Assembly (NCBI GenBank): GCA_964035575.1
Contig: OZ037846.1
Span: forward strand, 124,001-188,000
Length of the DNA: 64,000 nucleotides
From: Rhynchopus sp. YZ270_cl-10
Taxonomy: Eukaryota
Direction of reading: 5' to 3'
Part shown: one piece after another, positions 22,900 to 35,384 of the stretch
Position numbering within the stretch: the stretch's first letter is position 1
How the letters are laid out: every line of letters starts with the position of its first letter
Program-made: the position numbers and the translations under genes
The notes under the pieces: model-generated
The model's database searches: none
Told to the model about the DNA's origin: nothing
The model's input: the letters and a program-made list of their open reading frames with translations, nothing else

Positions 22900-25090
22900 C
22901 ATTTCGTGGTTTACATCTGATATGTACTACATCGGCTTCCACTCATCAGCCAGATGAACGTATAAAATGACGAAGCCGGTAAGCCACGAAACGAGGCATC
23001 TAGCATCCTGACATATTGAATGCCTCGACGGCCCTAATCCGTTTGAGCGCAGTCGGGGGGGGGGCATCCGTGGGAATGTCTTGCAGAGGTCACTTCACTG
23101 CTCCGGAGCAGGAAGACGTCTGCCAGTGCATAGCGGAACACGGAGTCGTGAAGAGATGGATTTCGATCTCTCCGTAAAGAAAAATCTTGTGTCACGCACA
23201 GCAGAAAAGAAACGGAGCCCGACGAAGTTCTAGCAGCGAACGCAGCTCTCATTTAAGCGACCACGCGACCGAGGGGAATGCTGAAGAGCGGGGCCTTCTA
23301 CCCAGAGAAAGCACTCTACAGCTAGCCTCTGGCCGGCCTGCATTAGGACACTCTTACCTTTCCGGTTGATCTTAACCGCAGGGATTATGATGACAACCTC
23401 TTAGAAGAAGCCTCATCACTCCCTCTTGTCCGTGCAGACTGGATTCGCTCACACCCCATAGCTTCGGGTCTGCGGGTCCTTCTAAACAACTCAGTATTCC
23501 TCCTTTGGGTCTTTCTCGCAAAGCATTGGAATGAGCCACAATGGAATGCACCGTATGGGTTACTACCGGTTGGAGTGTTTTAGCGAAGGCCACTGAACTC
23601 TGGAGTATAAAGGAGCTATGAAGAACTGCGGTCATGGCAAACTTAGTCAGGGTCGCGGTCCTGTATAAAGGGGTTCTTGCCTGCCGGCATCAGCGGAACC
23701 ACAAGCACAGTAGGAATGACGTGCCTCTCAAGACGTGATGTAGAAAGAAAGTGGTTCGTTTTCTTAGAGACCTTACCAAAGGCAAGTAAACACGACGCAT
23801 GCGACAGCAACATAGACCTTTGCCCATCTGCGCCTTCTTTTCAACTAAGCCGCCATCACCTAGCGCCTTCGCCATACTGCTAAGCTACTCAAGAACAAGA
23901 ACGCAGTGCTCAGACGATACCTATCCAAACCCTCTGGCGATACCTTGCCTCTGCACTTCGTAGGTGTGGTCGGTCAGCAACTAGCAGTCACGCATCTCGG
24001 GGAGGAGTGCAAGCCGACCATCAGTGATCAGCCAGTGCACATAGCCTCGAAGTAGCGCATCACCTCCAGGTAGATCGTGGTAAGGACCGCCTGCTCCTGT
24101 GGCGGCAGTGATGTGGACTGCGCAAAACCCGACTGCCACACATTCACGAGCTGTGGAAGAAGAGGTGTCGGCATCTTATCCGTGCACCCTAGATGAACGC
24201 GCCACCCTACAGTAGGGACGAATGTGAAGTGAAGCTGTGGCCAGAAAGTTGTGTGACGTTGACAGAGAAGACGTGGAGAAGCGCTGCAACAGGGCACAGG
24301 CGGCGTGCATGACTGAGGCGTCCTGAGAGAAGGATTGATATTGCAAGCCTTTGATCGGATGGCAAACGTTCTCTTCTTACACACACAGTACGAAAAACAC
24401 CGCAGCAGCAGCAGCAGCAGCAGCAGCAATCCTACAGCGACGGGTAGAATCTTGCACCCAGGGATCAGCCTCACCACGAGACGTCCATTGCTAGGCTGTG
24501 TCGTTTGGGTAGGCACATGGAGAAGGAGGGCTTACGCAGGTTGGTACATGGTCCAGCTAAACACCCGCACAGCGTCCAAACTCAGCGAAGACTGCGGAGT
24601 ATACCGTCAGCACCTGCGCTGACGACCAGCCGTACACGAGGATGGACAGCGTGGTGTTCATCATCACTATGAATACGCCCAGTGCAAACGACCTCTACGG
24701 CGCCGAGCGGGGGTCTCCGTCCCGACTGTCTGGCACCCGTCCCGCAGGTCATCTTAAGCAGTGTAGGCCAGGTGCGAGGATGGAAGCCAGCGTTGCCGTC
24801 AAGGTATATAACGAGCGTTGACCACCCACAAGATCACTATGAAGTGCAGGAGGAAGCGGTGAGGTGCATGGAGGGCAGATGAAGAGAGGGCAGACATAAC
24901 GACCTAGTCAGGGAGGGTGTGCCCAGCAACTAAGGGAATAACGACGGTGTCCGTCATTCCCAAGACAGTGTCGCAGGCCGAAGCTACAAGGCCTTGGTGT
25001 CATTGCGTGACTGCCCCACGAGGGCTGCAAGGATAAACGTGAACCACGATACCGTAGAGAGTTACTCAGGAGCGGGTGGGTGGGAGAAAA
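22900..25090 (-). pseudogene. Highly degraded GC-balanced coding-like segment, possibly a tyrosine-recombinase retroelement (DIRS/TATE/VIPER-like) relic
   Basis: Only weak motif traces on the minus strand: LVIYLDG (~24800, YLDD-like) and SARHSHG (~23070, HSxRxG-like). No long ORF. Confidence 0.3.
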
Positions 25091-25959
25091 TTTTAATGTC
25101 ATGGTCACGTTTGCATAACATCAGAAATCATATCGCATGATTTTGGAATCGGTTGCAGAAATCATCTCTCATGATTTCTGAATCGGTTGCAGAGTTGGCT
25201 AGCCGAAAACAAAAAGGCTGATATTTGGTTGCACAAAATATAATCCTTCTTTTTTTTTCTGTGCAAAAATTGTACGGAGCAAGCATGTTCCCAGATCACG
25301 TGATTTTGACCAAAATTTTGGGGTCCAGATCACGAAAAAGAAAAGGGGTATGGGGTGCGTTTTTAGGCGTTTTTGTCGATCGCATCGTCCGATTCGGTGC
25401 GATTGCAGAAAGTGATGGGGTCATTTTGGAAAAATGGACAAAATTTTATTGACTTAAATTTTTGCAAAATATGAACCCATACTCGTAAACAAGGGTCATT
25501 TTCAGGTTTGAAAACCCAACTTCAGATGAAATTGTGGTGTTTTGAGTGGGAACACAGTAGCGCCGCAGGCGCACGGTACCCAACTTTTGTCTTTTTTCTT
25601 TTTCCCTTTTCTCTACTTTCTTTTGATTGTGCGAGCCGATTACTCTCCACGGTGGGGTCACATGTGTGTGCAAAAACACTCTGAAGTACCCTTACTATGA
25701 AATATGAGATTCTCTGGTTTTAGTAAGGAAAAACGTACCGAGCAAAATCGTTAAAAATCTACGGTAGTCGGTAGGCGCGTAGCGCGACCCCCGTGCGCAC
25801 CCAACTTTTTTTTTTTTTGTTTTTCCCGGAAAAGTACCGCAATTGACGGATCGCGATCCGTGCGAACCGTGGTGGTGACTCATCTGAAAAAATATTGAGT
25901 AGAACATCTGCAGATCGTGTGCGAGCACTTTTTTTTTTTTTTTTTTTTTTTTTCCAAAA

Positions 25960-27138
25960 GGGTAAATTGCGATAACACGTATACTTTTTTTTTCGATTTG
26001 CGATAAAACGTACACAAAAAGTATACGTGTTATCGCGAAAAAGTGTACGTGTTTTCGCGAACAAAAACGTACGTGTTTTCCCAGGTGCCCAGGTACCCAG
26101 GTACCCAGGTACCCAGGTACCCAGGTACCCAGGTACCCAGGTACCCAGGTACCCAGGTACCCAGGTACCCAGGTACCCAGGTACCCAGGTACCCAGGTAC
26201 CCAGGTACACGGTACACTGTGTACAAGGAAAAAAGTCGTGAAAGAGCAACCACAGCTCCACATGACAAACACAAAAGTGTCCAGTCACGTGGGGCATTCA
26301 TACACTGAGGAGATAATGATCCAACAATTTACAAGAAAGATTACTTAACCTACTGCTGGAAGTTGCCAGGTCGTAGTAACACACAAAGTGTGCCTCCGTT
26401 CGGGAATACCGGATATTCTAGAGACCAAAAAGGCCTCTTCCGCTAGTCAAGGTATAACCGAATGAACGGCCCAAGACCCCCGTGGAGAAGTTAAATGTTG
26501 TAATGCTATCAAGTAGAAACTGCGACCACTGTCTTACCCTCCTCAATGCATGGTGGAAGATGTCTTTGACAACAAATATCCTGTACCCAGGTACCCATAT
26601 TCCCAGACCCACGCAGTACCACGTCGCAGTACTACGCAAAATTTACCACCAGACCCTGTGTTCGTGCACCTTAAGTACGTAAGTCTGGTTCCCAGACCCA
26701 CGCAGTGGCACATGACCGCAAGTGTGAGTGACCCACACAGAGGGATACGCAAAATTTACCACCAGACCCTGTCTTCTGAATGTCACACGTACATTTTTTT
26801 GAACACTTTTCGCGATAACACGTACATATTTCGCTAAAAAACGGGGTGCTCGCAACCGCGTTCTAGACCCCCACAGATGCTCAAAAGTGCCAAATTTTGC
26901 TTTGAATGGCCTCAAATCGTCGAAATTAGCCCTTTATGGGGGTCCCAAAAAAAAAAATTCGAGGGTCTAGGTATGGAGAGCGAGCACCTTAGAAGGAGAA
27001 AACACGTACATTTTTTTGACCACTTTTCGCGATAACACGTACACTTTTTTGACCACTTTTCGCGATAACACGTATACTTTTTGTGTACGTGTTATCGCAA
27101 ATCGAAACAAAAAGTATACGTGTTATCGCAATTTACCC
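25960..27138. mobile_element. MULE-like MITE, long TIR GGGTAAATTGCGATAACACGTATAC..., 9-bp TSD TTTCCAAAA; contains (CCAGGTAC)n
   Basis: TSD at 25951-25959 and 27139-27147; TIRs match over ~80 bp. Confidence 0.87.
26080..26208. repeat. (CCAGGTAC)n 8-mer tandem array, ~16 copies
   Basis: Read directly. Confidence 0.96.
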
Positions 27139-28335
27139 TTTCCAAAATTCCTGAAAACCAGATCATGATCACGATCTGGGAAAAAGCTTGGTACGGAGGA
27201 AAAAAAAAAAAAGTAGGGAAATAGTCAGATTTACCCTACCCTATTTTGAAAAAGTTCAGACTTGCCCGAAATAAGTTCAGACTTGCCCTAAAAGTGTTTT
27301 TAGGGCAAGTCTGAACTTATTTCGGGCAAGTCTGAACTTATTTCGGGCAAGTCTGAACTTATTTTTAGGGCAAACACTTTTTTTAGGGCAAGTCTGAACT
27401 TTTTTAGGGCAACCCTGCACTTATTTATTGGGCAAGCTGGGGGCTCTTGGGTCACAGAGCCCGGCGGTCGTCGTTTTTGCGTTTCTGTTTAGGGCACGTA
27501 TGGGCTATTCGCGACGACGAGTCCTGGTAGTGAAATGAGCAACCTATGGTATGCAACTTTTCCTCCTCACTCCTCCTCCTCACCCTCCGCACGTTAACTT
27601 TAAATAGTGTTTTGCCAACAGTCCACCTTGTCACATAATCCGGATTATTGTCGGTAATCAGGATTATTGACTATTTTCTAAGGTGAGCCTCTGTAATAAC
27701 TAGACTCTCAAATTTTTTTTTGGTCACACCCCAAAAGTGTCCAATTTTGCAATTCCAGCTAGAATTGGGCAGTTTTGAGAATTTCTGGGCGTCTAAGATG
27801 CGTTTTTGCGGTTTTTTCCCACCAAAACACAAGTAATCCACCTTGTCACATAATCCGGATTATTGTCGGTAATCAGGATTATTGACTAATTTTGCCTTCT
27901 AAGGAGAGCCTCTGTACTAACTCGACTTCTATTCAAAAAAGCGAAACGAAAACGAAAACAAAAACAAAAACGAAAACAAAAACAAAAACAAAAATAGCGA
28001 CCTTGTACGACAACTTTTTCTTCACCTCATGATCTCCTTCTGCGGGACGATTCGACGCCTTCAGGTGGTTCGGGTCCAGAAGTCTTGCGTCCCAGTAGAA
28101 CGCGATGCCAGATTCTAAAAATACAACGATCATAACACAACCAAACCATCTCTTCGTATGTTGACATACATGACCGCCTAGAGCGAGACTTGATACAACG
28201 ATCATAACACAACCAAACCAACGAGAGCGAGACTCAACGTTACCCATGAAGTGTGCAGACAGAAGCTTACGATTAATCCTCTACTCACCCTCCTTACCCT
28301 CCCCATCTCCAGCATTCATTAAAAACAACACAATA

Positions 28336-31194
28336 ATGCCCGCGTCTTTGTCAGACTTGGTGCAACTCAAGGAGCTATTTGATGCTGGAATACTCTCTGC
28401 TCCTGAGTATGACTCGATGAAGAGCGAGTGTCTGGAGGGGCTGAGGCAGTCATACAGACACGGATTCATGCATGCGCCCGTACCGTCTTATCCTCCCTCT
28501 CAGGCCTCCTTCTACAGTCCCAACGTCCCATCATCGACAATACCACATACGGCAGCACCTACAGCATCATCAACAGCAGCACCTACAGTAGCACGTACAG
28601 CAGCACGTACAGCAGGACGTACAGCAGCACGTACATCATCATCAACAGCAGCACCTACAGCAGCACCTACAGCAGCACCTACAGCATCACCAACATCATC
28701 ACCAACAGCAGCACCTACTCCAACAGCTCCAACAGCACCTGCAGACACCACGTGCCCCCTATTAAGGGCATACCTCCCGGGAACGGAGCACCGCGACCTC
28801 ACTGAGGTTAAAGACCTCCTCACGAAGCATGGATTGGCGAGAGGGTGGGGTGTAAAAACCTCGAGGCGTGAGGGGGGGTACGGCACGTGGGTCTGCACTG
28901 ACCCGGCGTGCAACTGGAAAGCCACCGCAGGTCCCTCAAAGACCGGCGGGGTTAAGGTGAACAAGGTGGGAGTACACACCTGCACCTCCAGTGCCGCCGG
29001 AGCCACCTCCTACGGGACAAGCAAGGTGCTCGCCCAGGAGAACGTCGGCATGTTGTCTGCCATGTCTGCGAACGATGCAAAGATGTCACTGAAGTCGGAC
29101 CTGGGGGTGTCTGTGAGCCGCAGCACCGTCCAGCGCGCGAGGTGTGGCGCCGTGGAGGTCGCGAACGGCTGCATGGACGAGGAGTTCAGCAAATTCGCAG
29201 ATTACCTGAAGCGCCTGAGCGATGCAAACCCCGGCACCTACAGCAGCTACGAGAAGGAGAACAGGGCACCTGAAGGGAGCCCCCCAGTGGAGCACTTCCG
29301 CCGCTCCTTTGTCGCTCTCCCCGAGGCTATCCGGGCGTTCCGCCTCTGCCTCCCCATCGTGTTCCTAGATGGGTGTCATTTGACGGGGCACTATGTGGGC
29401 ATGCTGCTCATTGCTGTGGCGAAAGACGCCAACAGCAACATCGTCCCCTTGGCGGTGACGATGTGCCCGATGGAGGACACCGCCAACTGGGGGTACTTCG
29501 CCACGCACTTCAACCGTGCGTTTGGCCAGCTGCGGGGGGAGACGATCCTGTCCGACAGGCTGAAGGGCTTAGGAACGGAGCTGGATGCTGCGTTTCCGGA
29601 CTGTTGCTGTGTGGCGTGCGTGAAGCACCTGGCGGGGAACATGTCCGGGGGAGCGTCGTCTGTCGGGAAGAGAGATGTGGTGCTGAACGCCACGTTCAGA
29701 TTGGCGAAGGAGAAGACGGTGCAGGGGCTCGCAAGTGCGATTCGTGAGGAGAGCAGTGCGCATTCGCGGCTGAGCACAGCGTTGACAGCTGTGAAGGATA
29801 AGTGGGCTGACTGCCACTTGTCGGGGTACCGTTGCGACGAATACACCCAGAACGCAAGCGAGAGTGTGAACGCTGCGTTGCTGGACGCAAGGGGTAAGGG
29901 CATCATCACCCTGCACGTCACCTGGAGGAGGCTGACGATGACGTGGTTCGCCGAGAGGTCCGCGAAGCTGGCCTCCCTCCCCATTCCCAACGGCCTGTTC
30001 AAAATTGTGAACACCGTGTTCAGGGGACGTGTGCAGGACTCTGTGGAGAAAGCTCGTACGCTGGTGCGCACACCGACGCAAGACGATAACGTTGTTGAGG
30101 TCCTTGCAAACGGAGATCACTTTACTGTCAACACCGTCGAACTCACGTGCACGTGCCGTCGCCCCTCCTTGGAAGGCATCCCCTGCTCCCACCTCATTTG
30201 TGCCTCGGACGATTCCGTCCTCGATTGTGTCGCGCCGTTCCTGAAGGATGAAGCATTGAGGGGCATCTACATCGCAGTGCCCGAAGCGACGACCATGCCG
30301 GAGGACCTCACTGACCTCCACGCTTCCGGCTTGCTTCCGATGATGTGCGACACCAACCCCCGCGGTAGACCGGCACGCATACAATGCAACGGGGATAAGA
30401 AGAAGCAGTGTTCGCGCTGCGGTGGGGTGGGTCACGCTGCGACGTACCGGGGGCAGGTGAGGTGCAAGCGTCCAATACCCGACGAATGGGTGCAGGAGTG
30501 CAGTAGGCGCAAGAGGATGAAGGGGGGCTCAGGGAAACGTGTGCAGGAGGTTTCGAGCGGTGCGCCAGTCGAGGTTTTGGCACATGATGTGCGAGTTCCC
30601 ATCTCGCTTCACGTGGCTTCTGGAGAAGGCAGGGTGGAAGGGGAGTGCGGATGGGCTGCGACGAACTGGATCTTGGACTTCCACAAAGAAGCCAGGGTGC
30701 CATATTCTGTTGCAATGCATGCACAGTCTATGCTACAAACTGTGATGAGTAGTTTTGATGCCGCCGAAACCTGCGAGAACCAGCAGGGGGGGGGTTACTT
30801 CACCTACAATACTGTGAGTAACCTCTGCTTGAGTCGCGGAATTCTCCTGAGGCACTGGGGCAAGGAGAGCTTCGAGGATGGTGAGGGGAAGGATATTGTC
30901 CTGCTCGGCCCCCCACTGGACCTCAGCGACACCCACTGGGTTGTTGCGAAGAAGGTGGACGGGGTGCGTGGATACGTCGTCTGGGACACAGACGCAAAAG
31001 AGCGTCCATTTGCCACTCTTAAGGACGTCAATGCTGAGTACACCCCGCAGTACCAGCCGTTTAGGGTGAATACGCTTCTCTCCCTGAGTGCTGCACTTCT
31101 CCGGCAAGAAGCAAAGCAAAGAAAGGTGTCGCCAAACGGCAAGATGGCGGTAATTGCTAGGCGAATCCGCGCAAAAGCAAATACTCAAATCTGA
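28336..31194 (+). CDS. MULE/MuDR transposase with N-terminal SHOCT-like helix, DDE core, SWIM finger, CCHC knuckle and a C-terminal Cys-protease-like domain (ORF open from 28246)
   Basis: Motifs FLDGCHL, ILSDRLKG, CVKHL, TQNASESVN, CTCRRPSLEGIPCSHL and CSRCGGVGH; uninterrupted ORF. Confidence 0.93.
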   Translation: MPASLSDLVQLKELFDAGILSAPEYDSMKSECLEGLRQSYRHGFMHAPVPSYPPSQASFYSPNVPSSTIPHTAAPTASSTAAPTVARTAARTAGRTAARTSSSTAAPTAAPTAAPTASPTSSPTAAPTPTAPTAPADTTCPLLRAYLPGTEHRDLTEVKDLLTKHGLARGWGVKTSRREGGYGTWVCTDPACNWKATAGPSKTGGVKVNKVGVHTCTSSAAGATSYGTSKVLAQENVGMLSAMSANDAKMSLKSDLGVSVSRSTVQRARCGAVEVANGCMDEEFSKFADYLKRLSDANPGTYSSYEKENRAPEGSPPVEHFRRSFVALPEAIRAFRLCLPIVFLDGCHLTGHYVGMLLIAVAKDANSNIVPLAVTMCPMEDTANWGYFATHFNRAFGQLRGETILSDRLKGLGTELDAAFPDCCCVACVKHLAGNMSGGASSVGKRDVVLNATFRLAKEKTVQGLASAIREESSAHSRLSTALTAVKDKWADCHLSGYRCDEYTQNASESVNAALLDARGKGIITLHVTWRRLTMTWFAERSAKLASLPIPNGLFKIVNTVFRGRVQDSVEKARTLVRTPTQDDNVVEVLANGDHFTVNTVELTCTCRRPSLEGIPCSHLICASDDSVLDCVAPFLKDEALRGIYIAVPEATTMPEDLTDLHASGLLPMMCDTNPRGRPARIQCNGDKKKQCSRCGGVGHAATYRGQVRCKRPIPDEWVQECSRRKRMKGGSGKRVQEVSSGAPVEVLAHDVRVPISLHVASGEGRVEGECGWAATNWILDFHKEARVPYSVAMHAQSMLQTVMSSFDAAETCENQQGGGYFTYNTVSNLCLSRGILLRHWGKESFEDGEGKDIVLLGPPLDLSDTHWVVAKKVDGVRGYVVWDTDAKERPFATLKDVNAEYTPQYQPFRVNTLLSLSAALLRQEAKQRKVSPNGKMAVIARRIRAKANTQI

Positions 31195-31984
31195 TTTGAT
31201 TTTTTAGACGTTTTAACACTTGTTTTTTTCCCCCTTCTTCCCTTTTCTTTTCCCCCACCCCTTTTCTTTAGATACCTGTTTTGTTTAGCTATTCGCTGAA
31301 CTGCATCAAGCCCACACACAGAATTGCTGTGAGTGACGCAAGGACCCGTGAGTAAGATGATGCGTTTGGGAATTTCTGAATTTCATTCCCTTCCCAGCCC
31401 CTCCCCTACGAGTTCCTATGAGTGACCGCTACTGGCGTTAATTCCCTTTCAAAAAAGAACTAAAAAGACGCTTGTTATGAGTAACTGGAACACTAAGTAA
31501 CACCACACTGACTGGACAGTCTGTTTTCTCCCCTGCCTCTCCCGTGTTTATACTCATTTCCCCCCAATTGTCACTGCACCTAATACCTGTATGACAACAA
31601 TCCATCTCTAGTTTTGTTCACTTTTGTGCCTCGTTAGAACTAACGGCACTGTACAGATTGTAAGACGTCTGGCCCTCGCTTCGCTCGGACCAAGCGCTTT
31701 TCATGTGCATAGTAAATATACCCCCCTCATCTTGTCCAGTTTGATGTGGAAAACAAAAAAGGCGTGTCATGGGCAAAGTTCATACATCATTACAAAAGTG
31801 ACCCCACTCCCCCTTGTTTTTCACCCACCATGATCCCGCGACCTGCGCACCCCCCCCTACCAGCCCCTCAGACCCCCTGTTTTTAATTAACCCGCATTCC
31901 GTTTTTCAACACTCTCAACTCTCAGGTATCGCGAACCGAAACATGTACGAAAAGGAAACCGGAAACAGACGTCGCAGAAAAATC

Positions 31985-34861
31985 AGCAACCTACGGTATG
32001 GAGCTTTTTTTCCATGCAACTGAATTTCCTCGTGTCCAGGACACCCCACTTTCCGAGCAAAATTAAATAATGACACAAATGGGAGGGGAAAACCCTCTGA
32101 CCTTTATCATCACTCTAAAAAACTCTCAGGTACCGCACCGCAGTACCGCACCACGATCCGAGACCCGTACAGAACAGAGACCAGAAAAAAGACGTCCGCA
32201 CCCAAACGCGACTCCTCATAGAACACGACGTAGTAGTAACAAAAAAAAAAAATACCGATTACTGCAAAGCCTTTGGGCGACATTGTACAGGTCCTACATC
32301 ATGTACGTAAAATTGTCGATACAACCAAAGAAAAGCATAGTGGTGCACCCTCGGGTGTCTGCACTACTGCAACAACTATTTCTATAGCTACAGTTTCCCC
32401 ACCTCTACCTTTAACTTTTTATACGAGGATGTAATTCTCCGGGATTACTCCGCGATTGTCGTCACAACAAAAAAGTCCAGAGGACTTGTTGGTCGCCTTA
32501 CTCATTTGGATCAACGGTATGTATATGCTACTCATTACAATGTTAGCCACTTCTATTGCCAGACACCGGGGCAAATAGTAAGTGCAAGAAAACTGCTTTT
32601 TGGAACCAGGAAAACATGATGGACACTCCACTCCACGTGCGGACATGTTTGGCACTTCTGCATGCGTGCAGTATCCAAATGTGTCCCCGTGGGAACAAAG
32701 TGATAAAGATGTGTCCACTGTGTACAGGGAAAAAACTTTGCGCTCCCCCGGACAGTGCACAATTCAACCCCTTGTGGGTGGTCTTGTTGCCTTTTGGAAC
32801 AACAACAATTTTTCCACGTTGTTGCATTTTGGCCAGGCATGCTCTTGAAAGCATGACAATTTGATTGCGTATGGACAAAGCAAATAACCAAGTATGAATT
32901 CTGAGTTGAAATGTGAGAGATGTTGTGGGAAGGGGAGTTCGCTCCTTTCAACGATGACCTCGTTGTTCTTCAATAGGCATGTCTTAACCGACCACATAAA
33001 TAAAATTGTGCCGGCCTCGAAGGATTCTAAGCAAACCCGCGTGGTAGCTAAACACTGACTCTCTCTCAATTCAACAAAGAAGGAATACTTGGTAATTTGT
33101 GGAGCACCCGTGCATGAAAATTGTAAAACTTTGCGCCCCACGTTGCCCCAGAACACGGCTTCCTTTGTAACCGGTTCTGGCCCAACGTGGACTGCCTGTT
33201 CACCCTTTCCGGGTGGCTGGTGGTTTCTGGCATCAATTTTTGGGCTCCGGCTCGGTTAGGCATTTTAGGGCAATAAAACAAGTCATACCACATGGGGCCC
33301 CAAGAGTGCCCCAGCCAAAGTGGCCTGACTTGTTGCCCTAAAATAAGTTCAGACTTGCCCAAAAAAAGTTCAGACTTGCCCTAAAAAAAGTGTTTGCCCT
33401 AAAAATAAGTTCAGACTTGCCCTAAAAACACTTTTAGGGCAAGTCTGAACTTATTTCGGGCAAGTCTGAACTTATTTCGGGCAAGTCTGAACTTATTTTA
33501 GGGCAACAAGTCAGGCCACTTTGGCTGGGGCACTCTTGGGGCCCCATGTGGTATGACTTGTTTTATTGCCCTAAAATGCCTAACCGAGCCGGAGCCCAAA
33601 AATTGATGCCAGAAACCACCAGCCACCCGGAAAGGGTGAACAGGCAGTCCACGTTGGGCCAGAACCGGTTACAAAGGAAGCCGTGTTCTGGGGCAACGTG
33701 GGGCGCAAAGTTTTACAATTTTCATGCACGGGTGCTCCACAAATTACCAAGTATTCCTTCTTTGTTGAATTGAGAGAGAGTCAGTGTTTAGCTACCACGC
33801 GGGTTTGCTTAGAATCCTTCGAGGCCGGCACAATTTTATTTATGTGGTCGGTTAAGACATGCCTATTGAAGAACAACGAGGTCATCGTTGAAAGGAGCGA
33901 ACTCCCCTTCCCACAACATCTCTCACATTTCAACTCAGAATTCATACTTGGTTATTTGCTTTGTCCATACGCAATCAAATTGTCATGCTTTCAAGAGCAT
34001 GCCTGGCCAAAATGCAACAACGTGGAAAAATTGTTGTTGTTCCAAAAGGCAACAAGACCACCCACAAGGGGTTGAATTGTGCACTGTCCGGGGGAGCGCA
34101 AAGTTTTTTCCCTGTACACAGTGGACACATCTTTATCACTTTGTTCCCACGGGGACACATTTGGATACTGCACGCATGCAGAAGTGCCAAACATGTCCGC
34201 ACGTGGAGTGGAGTGTCCATCATGTTTTCCTGGTTCCAAAAAGCAGTTTTCTTGCACTTACTATTTGCCCCGGTGTCTGGCAATAGAAGTGGCTAACATT
34301 GTAATGAGTAGCATATACATACCGTTGATCCAAATGAGTAAGGCGACCAACAAGTCCTCTGGACTTTTTTGTTGTGACGACAATCGCGGAGTAATCCCGG
34401 AGAATTACATCCTCGTATAAAAAGTTAAAGGTAGAGGTGGGGAAACTGTAGCTATAGAAATAGTTGTTGCAGTAGTGCAGACACCCGAGGGTGCACCACT
34501 ATGCTTTTCTTTGGTTGTATCGACAATTTTACGTACATGATGTAGGACCTGTACAATGTCGCCCAAAGGCTTTGTACTTACTGCAGTAATCGGTATTTTT
34601 TTTTTGTTACTACTACGTCGTGTTCTATGAGGAGTCGCGTTTGGGTGCGGAAGTCTTTTTTCTGGTCTCTGTTCTGTACGGGTCTCGGATCGTGGTGCGG
34701 TACTGCGGTGCGGTACCTGAGAGTTTTTTAGAGTGATGATAAAGGTCAGAGGGTTTTCCCCTCCCATTTGTGTCATTATTTAATTTTGCTCGGAAAGTGG
34801 GGTGTCCTGGACACGAGGAAATTCAGTTGCATGGAAAAAAAGCTCCATACCATAGGTTGCT
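31985..34861. repeat. ~2.9-kb near-perfect inverted duplication inside the MULE, centred on TIR-type subrepeats (~33337-33505)
   Basis: Mirror-image ORFs on both strands (32419-32760(-) = 34079-34420(+); 32764-33156(-) = 33683-34075(+)). Confidence 0.95.
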
Positions 34862-35384
34862 CATTTCACTACCAGGACTCGTCGCGAATAGCCCATACGT
34901 GCCCTAAACAGAAACGCAAAAACGACGACCGCCGGGCTCTGTAACCCAAGAGCCCCCAGCTTGCCCAATAAATAAGTGCAGGGTTGCCCTAAAAAAGTTC
35001 AGACTTGCCCTAAAAAAAGTGTTTGCCCTAAAAATAAGTTCAGACTTGCCCGAAATAAGTTCAGACTTGCCCTAAAAACACTTTTAGGGCAAGTCTGAAC
35101 TTATTTCGGGCAAGTCTGAACTTTTTCAAAATAGGGTAGGGTAAATCTGACTATTTCCCTAAAAAGTACTTTTTTTTTTTCCAGTGTTCTAAATTTTTTG
35201 TACAGAAAAAAAAAAAGTACTTTTTATTTTTTCTCTCCGTACAATTTTTGATGGAAAAATAAAAAGTACTTTTTTTTTTTTCAAGTACTTTTTTTTTTCC
35301 TGTACAATTTTGATGAAAAAAAAAAAAGTACTTTTTTTTTCGAAAAGTGAAAAAGTACTTTTTTTGACCAAAAAATATCACTTT

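Larger units (their letters stand above)
25280..27190. mobile_element. hAT-like non-autonomous element, imperfect TIR CAAGC..TTCCCAGATC, 8-bp TSD GTACGGAG
   Basis: TSD at 25272-25279 and 27191-27198. Confidence 0.82.
27216..35159 (+). mobile_element. Mutator-like element (MULE), ~7.9 kb, ~320-340-bp TIRs with AAGTTCAGACTTGCCC subrepeats, 9-bp TSD (A/T)AAAAAGTA
   Basis: Termini GGGAAATAGTCAGATTTACCC / GGGTAAATCTGACTATTTCCC. TSD at 27207-27215 vs 35160-35168 (1 mismatch). Encodes a MULE transposase. Confidence 0.93.

Noticed and set aside
32380..32400. AGCTACAGTTTC resembling part of a euglenozoan spliced leader
   Set aside because: Only ~12 nt, without the following TGTACTTTATTG; likely chance.
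32419..34420. Cys-rich short ORFs in the palindrome arms as a second MULE gene
   Set aside because: Short and overlapping in many frames with no convincing domain; a captured fragment cannot be excluded.
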